In this document: positions 16,321 to 23,812 of the stretch, piece after piece
Layout of the letters: every line of letters begins with the position of its first letter
Position numbering within the stretch: the first letter of the stretch is position 1
Origin: Deltaproteobacteria bacterium
GTDB lineage: Bacteria; Myxococcota; Kuafuiibacteriia; Kuafuiibacteriales; Kuafuiibacteriaceae
Direction: 5' to 3'
DNA: 25,756 nt
NCBI GenBank assembly: GCA_040218735.1
Contig: JAVJQW010000053.1
Coordinates: forward strand, 1-25,756
Position numbers and translations under genes: made by a program
Notes under the pieces: generated by a model
What the model was told of the DNA's origin: nothing
What the model saw: only the letters and a program-made list of their open reading frames with translations
Database searches by the model: none

Positions 16321-18486
16321 TCATGCAGCCTCGGCCGCGTCGACGTCGACGCGCCCCACGGGGTGAATCGTGATGTCCTGCGGCAGCTCTTCGAACGAGA
16401 GCACCGCTGCGTCGGGCAGCTCGAGCTCGATCAGCTTCTTCACGTAGCGGCGGATCCGCGCGGACGTGAGGATGACGGGCCGGACGCCGGCCTGCGCGAC
16501 GGGCGTGACCACGTCGTTGACCGCGCTGACGATCGTGCGACAGACGCCGGGGTCGAGCGCGAGGCACCAGCCGTCGTCGGTGCGGCAAATCCCACCTTCG
16601 ACCGTCTCCTCGATCAGCGGATCCAACATCACGACGCAGAGCTCGCGGCCCATCCCCGCGTAGTCGAACGCGAGCTGCCGAGCGAGCGCGCTGCGCGCCT
16701 TCTCGGTGAGGTAAACGGTGTCGTCGTTCGTGGTGCCGTGCTCGCCGAGCGCTTCGACGATCGACTTGAGGTCGCGGATGCAGACACCTTCGTCGACGAG
16801 GCGGCGCAGGACGTCGACGAGCTGCGGGATGTTGACGACCTTCGGCACCACCTCGCGGACCAGCGCGGGGTAGGCGGCCTCGAGCCGCTCGACGAGCTCA
16901 CTCACCTCTTGGAGGCCGACGAAGGTCTTCACCTCGCGCCGGATGATCGCGGCGGCGAACAGCGAGACGATCCCGGCGAGCGACCACGTACCGACGCCGG
17001 CCTGTTCGAGGAGCGCCTTTTGGTTCTCTTCGACGAGCGCCATGGGGCGCCCCGTCACCGGGTGGTCGATGGCGGCGGCGATGACGCCGAGGCGCTGCAG
17101 CTCTTCGGGCGAAGTCAGCGCGAGGCTGGCGCCCGCGGGGAGCGACTGCTGGTGCGAGGGGACGTCGACGACGCGGATGACGAACGTGTTCTCGGGGAGG
17201 CGCGGCACGAACGTTCGCACACGGATGCCGGGGACGCGGACGCCGGTGTCGAGATAGATCGCGTCGCGGATCTCGGGGATGAACTTGGTCATGAACTCGG
17301 GCTCGGCGCTGGCGTCGAAGCCGAGCGCGCGTGACATCACCGGGTCGAAGTCGATGCCGAGCGGCACGACCGACGGCGACATCTGATCCGCGAGGCCCTT
17401 CTGGGCCTTCGCCTGCTCGAGCTTCTTCTCGAGCTCGACGGCGAAGTCCGTCCCGGTGCCCTCCGGCTCTGCGTGCGCGGGGAAGATGCGCGACTGGATC
17501 TCCGAGACGAAGCGGCGTGACATCGACGCGAGGAACACCACCGTCCCGATCAGGAAGAACGGGAGCGCGGGGAGGCCGGGGACGAGACCGAAGAAGAACA
17601 TCAGGCACGCGGCGACGAGGAGCGCGGTGGGGTTGCGTGCGAAGTCGGTCTTCAGCGTGGTGCCGAGGTTGTCTTCGGCGTTGCCTTCGACGCGCGTGAC
17701 CATGACGCCGGCCGCGAGGGTCACGAGGAGCGCGGAGATCTGCGAGACGAGGCCGTCGCCGACGGTGAGGACGGAGTAGATGTCGAGCGCGTCGGTGAGC
17801 GGGCGGCCGTCGCGCGTGACGCCGATGACGAACCCGGCGACGAGGTTGAGCGCCGTGATGATCAGGCCCGCGATGGCGTCGCCCTTCACGAACTTCATCG
17901 CGCCGTCCATGTTGCCGAACAGCTGGCTCTCGCGGCCGAGGCGCTCGCGGCGCTCCTGCGCTTCGTCTTCCTCGAACGCGCCGGCGCGGAGCGCGGCGTC
18001 GATCGCCATCTGCTTGCCGGGCATCGCGTCGAGCGTGAAGCGTGCGCCGACTTCGGCGACGCGCTCGGCGCCCTTCGCGATCACGAGGAACTGCACGAGG
18101 GTGATGACGAGGAAGATGACGAAGCCGACGACGACGTCGCCCTGAAGCACGAACTTCCCGAACGCGCGCACGACCTGACCGGCGTCGGCGGAGGCGAGGA
18201 TGCCGCGGGTCGTCGACACGTTGAGGCCGAGGCGGAACATCGTCGTGACGAGGAGCAGCGTGGGGAACGACACGAAGTCGACCGCGCGCTTCGCGAAGAC
18301 CGCGACCATGAGGATGCTGACGGCGAAGGCGATGTTCACCGCGATCAGGACGTCCAGCACGACCGCGGGCATCGGGATGATCAACATCGCGACGATCGCG
18401 GCGAGGCCGAACGCAAAGACGACGTCGGGGCGGCGGCCGAGCTCGGCGAAGGGGAGGGCGGAGAGGGTCTGGTGGAGCTTCTTCAT
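16321..18486 (-). CDS. sctV: Type III secretion export gate protein (FHIPEP family, SctV/LcrD type)
   Basis: FPTLLLVTTMFRLGLNVSTTR, KGAERVAEVGARFTLDAMPGKQMAIDA; RESQLFGNMDGAMKFVKGDAIAG matches injectisome SctV rather than flagellar FlhA (EADFYG..DGASKFVRGD). Confidence 0.93.
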   Translation of the reverse strand: MKKLHQTLSALPFAELGRRPDVVFAFGLAAIVAMLIIPMPAVVLDVLIAVNIAFAVSILMVAVFAKRAVDFVSFPTLLLVTTMFRLGLNVSTTRGILASADAGQVVRAFGKFVLQGDVVVGFVIFLVITLVQFLVIAKGAERVAEVGARFTLDAMPGKQMAIDAALRAGAFEEDEAQERRERLGRESQLFGNMDGAMKFVKGDAIAGLIITALNLVAGFVIGVTRDGRPLTDALDIYSVLTVGDGLVSQISALLVTLAAGVMVTRVEGNAEDNLGTTLKTDFARNPTALLVAACLMFFFGLVPGLPALPFFLIGTVVFLASMSRRFVSEIQSRIFPAHAEPEGTGTDFAVELEKKLEQAKAQKGLADQMSPSVVPLGIDFDPVMSRALGFDASAEPEFMTKFIPEIRDAIYLDTGVRVPGIRVRTFVPRLPENTFVIRVVDVPSHQQSLPAGASLALTSPEELQRLGVIAAAIDHPVTGRPMALVEENQKALLEQAGVGTWSLAGIVSLFAAAIIRREVKTFVGLQEVSELVERLEAAYPALVREVVPKVVNIPQLVDVLRRLVDEGVCIRDLKSIVEALGEHGTTNDDTVYLTEKARSALARQLAFDYAGMGRELCVVMLDPLIEETVEGGICRTDDGWCLALDPGVCRTIVSAVNDVVTPVAQAGVRPVILTSARIRRYVKKLIELELPDAAVLSFEELPQDITIHPVGRVDVDAAEAA

Positions 18487-18504
18487 GGTGGTGGTTCCTT
18501 GGGG

Positions 18505-19053
18505 TCAGCGGGCGTTGAGGGCGGTGAGCATCGCGCGGGCCTTCTTCGCGAGGGCTTCGTCGCCGCGGCGGCGAGCGCGGTCGAAGCCGCGGGCGAGGAG
18601 CTTCATCGCGGTGGCGGCGTCTTCGTTTGCGAGGCAGAGCTCGGCGCGGTTGACGTCGGCGTGGCCGTCCTTCGGGTCGAGCTGCGCGGCGCGGTGGTAC
18701 CAGCGGTGTGCGTCGGCGTGGCGACCGAGGCGGTCGTTGGCGAGGGCGAGGCCCAGCGCGAAGTGGGCGTCGGCCGGGTCGAGGACGACGAGCCCCGCGA
18801 AGAGGCGACGCGCGGGCTCGAGGCCGCCGGCGAGGAGCGTGCGGCGGGCGATGGTCGCGATCGCGACGAGCTGGGGTCGGGACGCGCCGACGGCGCGCGC
18901 GATCGACGTGGACGGTTGGCGGGAGACGGCGCGCAGCTTGGCCGGAGCTTTGGGGGCGGGCTTGGCCTTGGGCGCGGGCTTGGCGACCGGTGCGGGCGCC
19001 CGTCGATCGATCGAGCTACGCGGGTGAGCGCGGCGGCGGCGTGCGGTGTTCAT
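18505..19053 (-). CDS. TPR chaperone-like protein (SctY/YscY- or SycD-like) with basic Pro/Lys/Ala-rich N-terminus
   Basis: ARRLFAGLVVLDPADAHFALGLA, AAQLDPKDGHADVNRAELCL; directly upstream of sctV; RBS AGGAG. Confidence 0.75.
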   Translation of the reverse strand: MNTARRRRAHPRSSIDRRAPAPVAKPAPKAKPAPKAPAKLRAVSRQPSTSIARAVGASRPQLVAIATIARRTLLAGGLEPARRLFAGLVVLDPADAHFALGLALANDRLGRHADAHRWYHRAAQLDPKDGHADVNRAELCLANEDAATAMKLLARGFDRARRRGDEALAKKARAMLTALNAR

Positions 19054-19065
19054 GCTTCGGATCTC

Positions 19066-19443
19066 CTAGATGCGAACCGTGGTGCGACCGCGGTTGAGCT
19101 GGGCGGCGCGGACGAGGTCCTGCAAGACGGCTTGCATCTCGCGGACGGGGGCGGCGTCGGCGGCGTCGCCGAGGTCGCGGTCGGCGAGGTCTTTCACGAG
19201 GTCGACGCACGCGGCGGCGTCGAGCGTGCCGAGGGCGGGGAGGCGGAGCGCGTCGCGTTGGGTCGGCGTGCCGAGGATGAGGTCGGTGCGGCGCAGCTCG
19301 GCAGCGTCGGGGGGGAGCGCGAGGTCCGCGGAGAACTTCAGCGCCTTCAGCTCCTTCAGCGCGACGTCGCCCTGAGAGGAGCGGTTCGCCGAGATGGAGA
19401 CGCCGGGGGCGTTTGCGAAGGCGGAGCGTTCGATGCGAGCCAT
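19066..19443 (-). CDS. Small protein, SctX/YscX-like by size and position, 125 aa
   Basis: First gene of a small gene-TPR-sctV operon (yscX-yscY-yscV order); C-terminal amphipathic helix VREMQAVLQDLVRAAQL; RBS GGAGG. Homology is inferred, not shown. Confidence 0.55.
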   Translation of the reverse strand: MARIERSAFANAPGVSISANRSSQGDVALKELKALKFSADLALPPDAAELRRTDLILGTPTQRDALRLPALGTLDAAACVDLVKDLADRDLGDAADAAPVREMQAVLQDLVRAAQLNRGRTTVRI

Positions 19444-19455
19444 GCGCCTCCCTTA

Positions 19456-19471
19456 CGCAGGGGGCGTGCCA
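19456..19471 (-). promoter_or_regulatory. Putative sigma54 promoter for the sctV operon
   Basis: Minus strand TGGCACGCCCCCTGCG, GG-N10-GC. Caveat: the predicted start site (about 19445) is only about 2 nt from ATG19443. Confidence 0.55.
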
Positions 19472-19622
19472 GGGCGTTTTAGGGGCCGTGGAGACGAAAA
19501 CGGTGGGGTGCGCTGGCAGGTCTTGCCGGTCGGCGCGGGGGGCGCCGCGGCGCGAACGGCAGCCGCTGCCGATCGGGGTGCCTTCGAGCGGTGCGAACGG
19601 CCGCGAGCGGCGCTCTGGGCGT

Positions 19623-19638
19623 TGGCACGGTTCCTGAG
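19623..19638 (+). promoter_or_regulatory. Possible sigma54 promoter for the secreted-protein operon
   Basis: TGGCACGGTTCCTGAG: perfect -24 element, -12 reads TGA instead of TGC; about 57 nt upstream of ATG19695. Confidence 0.4.
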
Positions 19639-19694
19639 AAGGCGATGGGTCAACCGCGCTACGGCGCTCGAAACGAAACCCAAGGAGAAACGAA

Positions 19695-20285
19695 ATGGCC
19701 CTCAGCAACAACACCCAGAACTACGCGACCAACGGCAAGCAGCAGGCGATCAAGACGCAGGTCGAGCAGCAGGCGAAGCTCCTGCAGTCGAAGATCCTGA
19801 TCCCGAAGAAGTCCACGCCGACGCCGACGGCGCAGAGCAGCTCGAGCTCCGCCGAGCTCGCGATGCAGACGGGGAGCATCGAAGACTTCCTGCTCATCTC
19901 CCTCGGCGAGGTCGCGGACGGCGCGCGTCAGGACATGGTCGACTTCAAGAAGCGCCTCGACGCGAACACGAAGCACCAGAACCTCCTGCGCGACCTCCGG
20001 TCGTTGGCGCGCTCGAAGGACAAGAGCGACGTGCAGGACTTCATCAAGGCGCACCCGGAGCTGAAGAACTCCGAGCTGATCGGCAAGTTCAAGAGCGGTT
20101 CGATCGACTGGGACGCGCTCAGCGAGGACATCGACGGTGAGCTCGAGTCGCTCAACGGCATCAGCTCTTCGCTGTCGTTTGCGATGCAGGTCATCGCGAC
20201 GCGCGTGACGCAGGCGGAGAACCTCGCGTCGACGCTCTTCAAGAAGGTCAGCGACTCGGCCAACCAGATCATCGGGAACATCTAG
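19695..20285 (+). CDS. Putative T3SS tip/filament protein (Bsp22/EspA/SctA-like), 196 aa
   Basis: Ser/Thr/Gln/Asn-rich N-terminus without signal peptide; C-terminus ELESLNGISSSLSFAMQVIATRVTQAENLASTLFKKVSDSANQIIGNI resembles the terminal helix of Bsp22/tip/needle subunits; RBS AAGGAG. Confidence 0.6.
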   Translation: MALSNNTQNYATNGKQQAIKTQVEQQAKLLQSKILIPKKSTPTPTAQSSSSSAELAMQTGSIEDFLLISLGEVADGARQDMVDFKKRLDANTKHQNLLRDLRSLARSKDKSDVQDFIKAHPELKNSELIGKFKSGSIDWDALSEDIDGELESLNGISSSLSFAMQVIATRVTQAENLASTLFKKVSDSANQIIGNI

Positions 20286-20299
20286 AGGAGGTCTTCGAG

Positions 20300-20767
20300 A
20301 TGAAGCAGGTGAACGCAAACGTATCGGTCGACGTGCTGCTCCTTCAGGTGCAGCAGCAGGCCCAGGAAGGCGCCGCGAAGGACATCGAGGACGCGCAGGC
20401 GCAGGTGAAGGTGGCGAAGGACGAAGCGAAGGCGCTCCGCGGCGACATCGAAGATGCGGAGGACCGCATCGGCGACGCGCGGGACTCGATCGAGGACATC
20501 CAAGACGAGCCGGAGCCCTTCATCCTCCTCGCGATGCTGAAGATGGACAACCGCGAGCAGCGGGTCGCGCAGCAGGAAGCGAAGGTGAACCAGGAGCTCG
20601 CGAACATCAGCGCGGTGGACGCCGAGCTCGACGCGAACCGGGAGGGCATGAGCCACACCGTGGAGCGGATGCAGGCGGCGATCGAAGGGTTCTCGGACGT
20701 GAGCGCCGAGCTGACGTCGACGCTGGAGATGACGGCTGCGCTGCAGGACGAGATCAACAGGGCTTAG
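20300..20767 (+). CDS. Acidic coiled-coil protein, candidate T3SS substrate, 155 aa
   Basis: Heptad-rich sequence; RBS GAGGAGG; N-terminal NVSVDVLL motif similar to that of the next gene. Confidence 0.7.
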   Translation: MKQVNANVSVDVLLLQVQQQAQEGAAKDIEDAQAQVKVAKDEAKALRGDIEDAEDRIGDARDSIEDIQDEPEPFILLAMLKMDNREQRVAQQEAKVNQELANISAVDAELDANREGMSHTVERMQAAIEGFSDVSAELTSTLEMTAALQDEINRA

Positions 20768-20782
20768 GAAGGAGCGAATGAG

Positions 20783-21388
20783 ATGAAGCTGGAAAACGTG
20801 AGTGTGGAATCGATCATGGCGGACGTGCGGCGACAGATGATCGACGGCGCCGACCAGGATCGGAAGTTTGCACGCGACGTGCGCAAGGATGAGTTCGACG
20901 CGTCGATCGCGAAGAAGATCGAGGTCGCGGGCTACGAGCATGCGGCGGCGGTGAACGACTACGAGATCTCCAACGTCGAGGGCATGTCGGCGATGATCCC
21001 GTTCGGGATCGGGGAGGTGCCGAAGTTCTTGATCACGATGGGTGCGGAGCGACGCCAGGAGTACGCGTCGGATCTCCCGGTGGTCGGGGGCGTCGCGCCG
21101 GGACTGGTGGCCGGCGCGGAGGGTCTCGCGGGGACCATCGGCGACGGCTTCATGGGGCCGGACAACTCGTTCTCGAACACCCTCGAGCACGCTGATCGCG
21201 GCGCGAAGATCGCGAACAACGACGCGGCGACGCTCGGGAAGATCGACGCGGAGCAGCACGGTGATGCGGCGTCGCGCGCGAAGGAGCTCCTCGAGGACGC
21301 CCGTGAGCGGCGCAAGCAGGCGATGGCCGACGCGAAGTCGGTGAACGACGACCGGCGCGAGGCGCTGCGGCTCGCGAACCAAATCTGA
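20783..21388 (+). CDS. Candidate translocator-like secreted protein (coiled coils flanking a Gly-rich hydrophobic core), 201 aa
   Basis: Helical N- and C-termini; central MSAMIPFGIG...LPVVGGVAPGLVAGAEGLAGTIG; RBS AAGGAG. Confidence 0.55.
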   Translation: MKLENVSVESIMADVRRQMIDGADQDRKFARDVRKDEFDASIAKKIEVAGYEHAAAVNDYEISNVEGMSAMIPFGIGEVPKFLITMGAERRQEYASDLPVVGGVAPGLVAGAEGLAGTIGDGFMGPDNSFSNTLEHADRGAKIANNDAATLGKIDAEQHGDAASRAKELLEDARERRKQAMADAKSVNDDRREALRLANQI

Positions 21389-21426
21389 ACCCATGTCCGC
21401 GGGGACGCCCCGCAAAGGAGCAAGAG

Positions 21427-22584
21427 ATGACGATGAACGTATCGGGCGCGGGGCGCCCGCAGGTGGACATGCGCTCATTCCTCGAGTCGATCGACGAGCT
21501 GAAGCGCGAGACGAAGAAGACGGATCGCGACGCCGTCGGGCGCTCGTTCGAGGCGGCGCAGATCGAGGCGCTGGCCTCGGGGGAGCAGAAGAAGCTCGCC
21601 GAGGAGACGCAGGAGAAGGCGCAGATCGGTTCGATCGGAATGTCGACCGTCGTGAAGGCGGGGGGGGCGGCCGTCACGGCCGCGGCCGCCGCGGTGACGG
21701 TCGCGACGTGTTGGACCGGTGTCGGCGCGGCGGCCGGCGGGTGTGCGACGGGGGTCGCGGCCGGCGGGAGCGCCGCCGCGGCCGGTGGGAGCGCGGCGGT
21801 GAGCGGCGCGGCGGCGGCCTCGAGCGGCGCGGCGGCGAGCGGTGCCGCGGCGGCCTCGAGCGGCGCGGCGGCGAGCGGCGCGGCGGCGGCGGGCGGGAGC
21901 GCGGCGGCTTCCGGGACCGCGGCGGCGGGTAGCGCGGGTGCCACGGCGGGGACCGCGGGCACGGCTTCGAGCTTCTCGGCGACCGGGGCGGCGGGGGAGA
22001 TCGCATCGGCGACCGGTCAGGCCGTCGTCGAGAACGGCGCGCAATCTGCCTTGCAAGGCGCGCTGAACGGGGCCTGGGAAGGTGCGGTCGACAGCGTCCT
22101 CACGAACAACCTCGATCAGCTCGTCTCGAACGTCCTCGAAGGGGCCTTCGACGGTGCGGTGGACGGTGTCCTCGGCGAGGCGAAGAGCGCGGCGATGGAT
22201 GCGACGACGGAGCAGGGTCAGAAGCTCCTGTCGGACGTGCTCGGAGACGTCGCCGAGACCGGCGGCGACGCTGCGACGGACACCGCGATGGACGCCGGTG
22301 ACTCGACGATGGACGGCGTGAAGGAGACGGCGGACCGGCTCGAGTCGACCGCGAACCAGGCGCTGCATCGCGTCGACCAGGCGTCGCAGGGGTACTTCAA
22401 GGGGGTCCGGGAAGAGGGCGAGGCGAAGGGTCGCATCGCGGACGTGCGTCGCTCCGGTGTGGACCGTCAGCTCGGTGTTCAGCGTGCGGCGCAAGAGCGG
22501 CTCGCGAAGACGAGCGCCGACATCAGGAACCTGGCGGCGCTGCGTCGCGAGGTCGCAGAGGACATCGTCGAGCTCGACGTTTGA
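21427..22584 (+). CDS. Candidate hydrophobic translocator (SctB/SctE-like), Ala/Gly-rich, 385 aa
   Basis: Coiled-coil N-terminus, long uncharged segment AGGAAVTAAAAAVTVATCWTGVGAAAGGCATGVAAGG, helical C-terminus; RBS AAGGAG; no signal peptide. Confidence 0.55.
   Translation: MTMNVSGAGRPQVDMRSFLESIDELKRETKKTDRDAVGRSFEAAQIEALASGEQKKLAEETQEKAQIGSIGMSTVVKAGGAAVTAAAAAVTVATCWTGVGAAAGGCATGVAAGGSAAAAGGSAAVSGAAAASSGAAASGAAAASSGAAASGAAAAGGSAAASGTAAAGSAGATAGTAGTASSFSATGAAGEIASATGQAVVENGAQSALQGALNGAWEGAVDSVLTNNLDQLVSNVLEGAFDGAVDGVLGEAKSAAMDATTEQGQKLLSDVLGDVAETGGDAATDTAMDAGDSTMDGVKETADRLESTANQALHRVDQASQGYFKGVREEGEAKGRIADVRRSGVDRQLGVQRAAQERLAKTSADIRNLAALRREVAEDIVELDV
21802..21891 (+). repeat. Intragenic 36-bp tandem repeat (2.5 copies) encoding SGAAAASSGAAA
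   Basis: Units at 21802-21837, 21838-21873 and partial 21874-21891. Confidence 0.8.
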
Positions 22585-22597
22585 GGAGGAGTAGGTG

Positions 22598-23809
22598 ATG
22601 CGTGTCGACAATGGAGTGAGGCCGAATGAGCAGGCGCCGCGACTGGCGAAGGGTTCGAAGCGGCTGCAGAACGAGCGCTTCGCGGGTGACGCGAAGCTCG
22701 AGAAGGTGCGGCGCGGCCGCGGAATGCTGCGGGTGGGGTCGTCGGGCGCCTCGGTCGAGAAGGTGCAGCAGGCGCTCGTCGACCTGGGGTTCCAGATCGA
22801 GCCGGGTGGTGCGTCGGGACGGTTCGACGAGCCGACGCGCCGCGCGGTGATTCGTTTCCAGCGGGAGATGCGGCTGGGCGACGACGGGCGCGTCGGGAAG
22901 GACACACTCCGCGCGCTCGATGAGAACGCGCCGCCGCCGGGCAAATCGCTGGTGCGTTCGGCGGAGTACGACGCGCTCTACGCGGACGGGCGGCTCGACG
23001 TCACGATGGCGGTCGGCTTCGACGAACACGGCGCGCACGGACGCAAGGAGAAGGAGATCCTTGCGGGTCTCCGCTCACGAGGGTTCAAGCCGGTCCGTCC
23101 CCGCGACAAGGCTCGGCTGGGGCTCACCGGTGAGCGCGACGACCCGAACGTTCGTTTCTTCGCGAAGTCGTTCGTGGATCCGAAGACAAAGGAGGACGTC
23201 GACGCGGTGGTTCGGCTGATCACGCCGAAGGGCGAGCGCGACGGACGCGCGCGGGCGAGCTTCGAGCGCGCGGTCGAGCAGGACGAGGTCGTGATCTATT
23301 CGGGGCACGCGCGCTACGGGACGGGTCCGGACTTCGACCACATCGACAGCGGCGCCGGGAACTTCGTGGTCGACAAGGGGGGGAACGAGATCGGCGACAA
23401 ACCGCCGAGGCATCTGCGCAAGGCGTTGGCGGGGCGCAGCTCGGATCTGCCGAACGTCGACGGTGGGCCTGGGTACCAGCTCATGATCATGAACGGGTGC
23501 ACGACCGAGAACTACGTCGACGACCTTCGAGACCCGCGGGCGTTGAAGGGACGCGACCACGCCAATACGGACGTGATCTCCACGACGATGGTGACGTTGA
23601 CGCGCACGGGCGGTGACCACGCGCTGCGGTTCTTGGACGGGGTCTCGCGCCGCGAGAACAACGTCGAGATGCTGAAGGACCAGAACATGATCGAGTTCTC
23701 CGCCCTGATGGAGAACTTCGACTTCGAGCACGCGGTTCGCTCGAACGGGACGTACACGGAGAACGGGTTCCTGGGGAACGCCGCGAACTACGAGACGGAC
23801 AAGGAGTAG
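22598..23809 (+). CDS. Peptidoglycan-binding domain protein with C-terminal putative caspase-like (clan CD) cysteine peptidase domain
   Basis: PG_binding_1 pattern LRVGSSGASVEKVQQALVDLGF...GRFDEPTRRAVIRFQ...DGRVGKDTLRAL; VVIYSGHARYG (His codon 23306) and YQLMIMNGC (Cys codon 23498); GTG22595 is an alternative start. Confidence 0.75.
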   Translation: MRVDNGVRPNEQAPRLAKGSKRLQNERFAGDAKLEKVRRGRGMLRVGSSGASVEKVQQALVDLGFQIEPGGASGRFDEPTRRAVIRFQREMRLGDDGRVGKDTLRALDENAPPPGKSLVRSAEYDALYADGRLDVTMAVGFDEHGAHGRKEKEILAGLRSRGFKPVRPRDKARLGLTGERDDPNVRFFAKSFVDPKTKEDVDAVVRLITPKGERDGRARASFERAVEQDEVVIYSGHARYGTGPDFDHIDSGAGNFVVDKGGNEIGDKPPRHLRKALAGRSSDLPNVDGGPGYQLMIMNGCTTENYVDDLRDPRALKGRDHANTDVISTTMVTLTRTGGDHALRFLDGVSRRENNVEMLKDQNMIEFSALMENFDFEHAVRSNGTYTENGFLGNAANYETDKE

Positions 23810-23812
23810 TGC

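Noticed and set aside
16321-18486. Flagellar flhA
   Set aside because: ESQLFG/DGAMKFVKGD signature and the TPR-chaperone neighbour fit SctV; no flhB, flhF or fliA adjacent.
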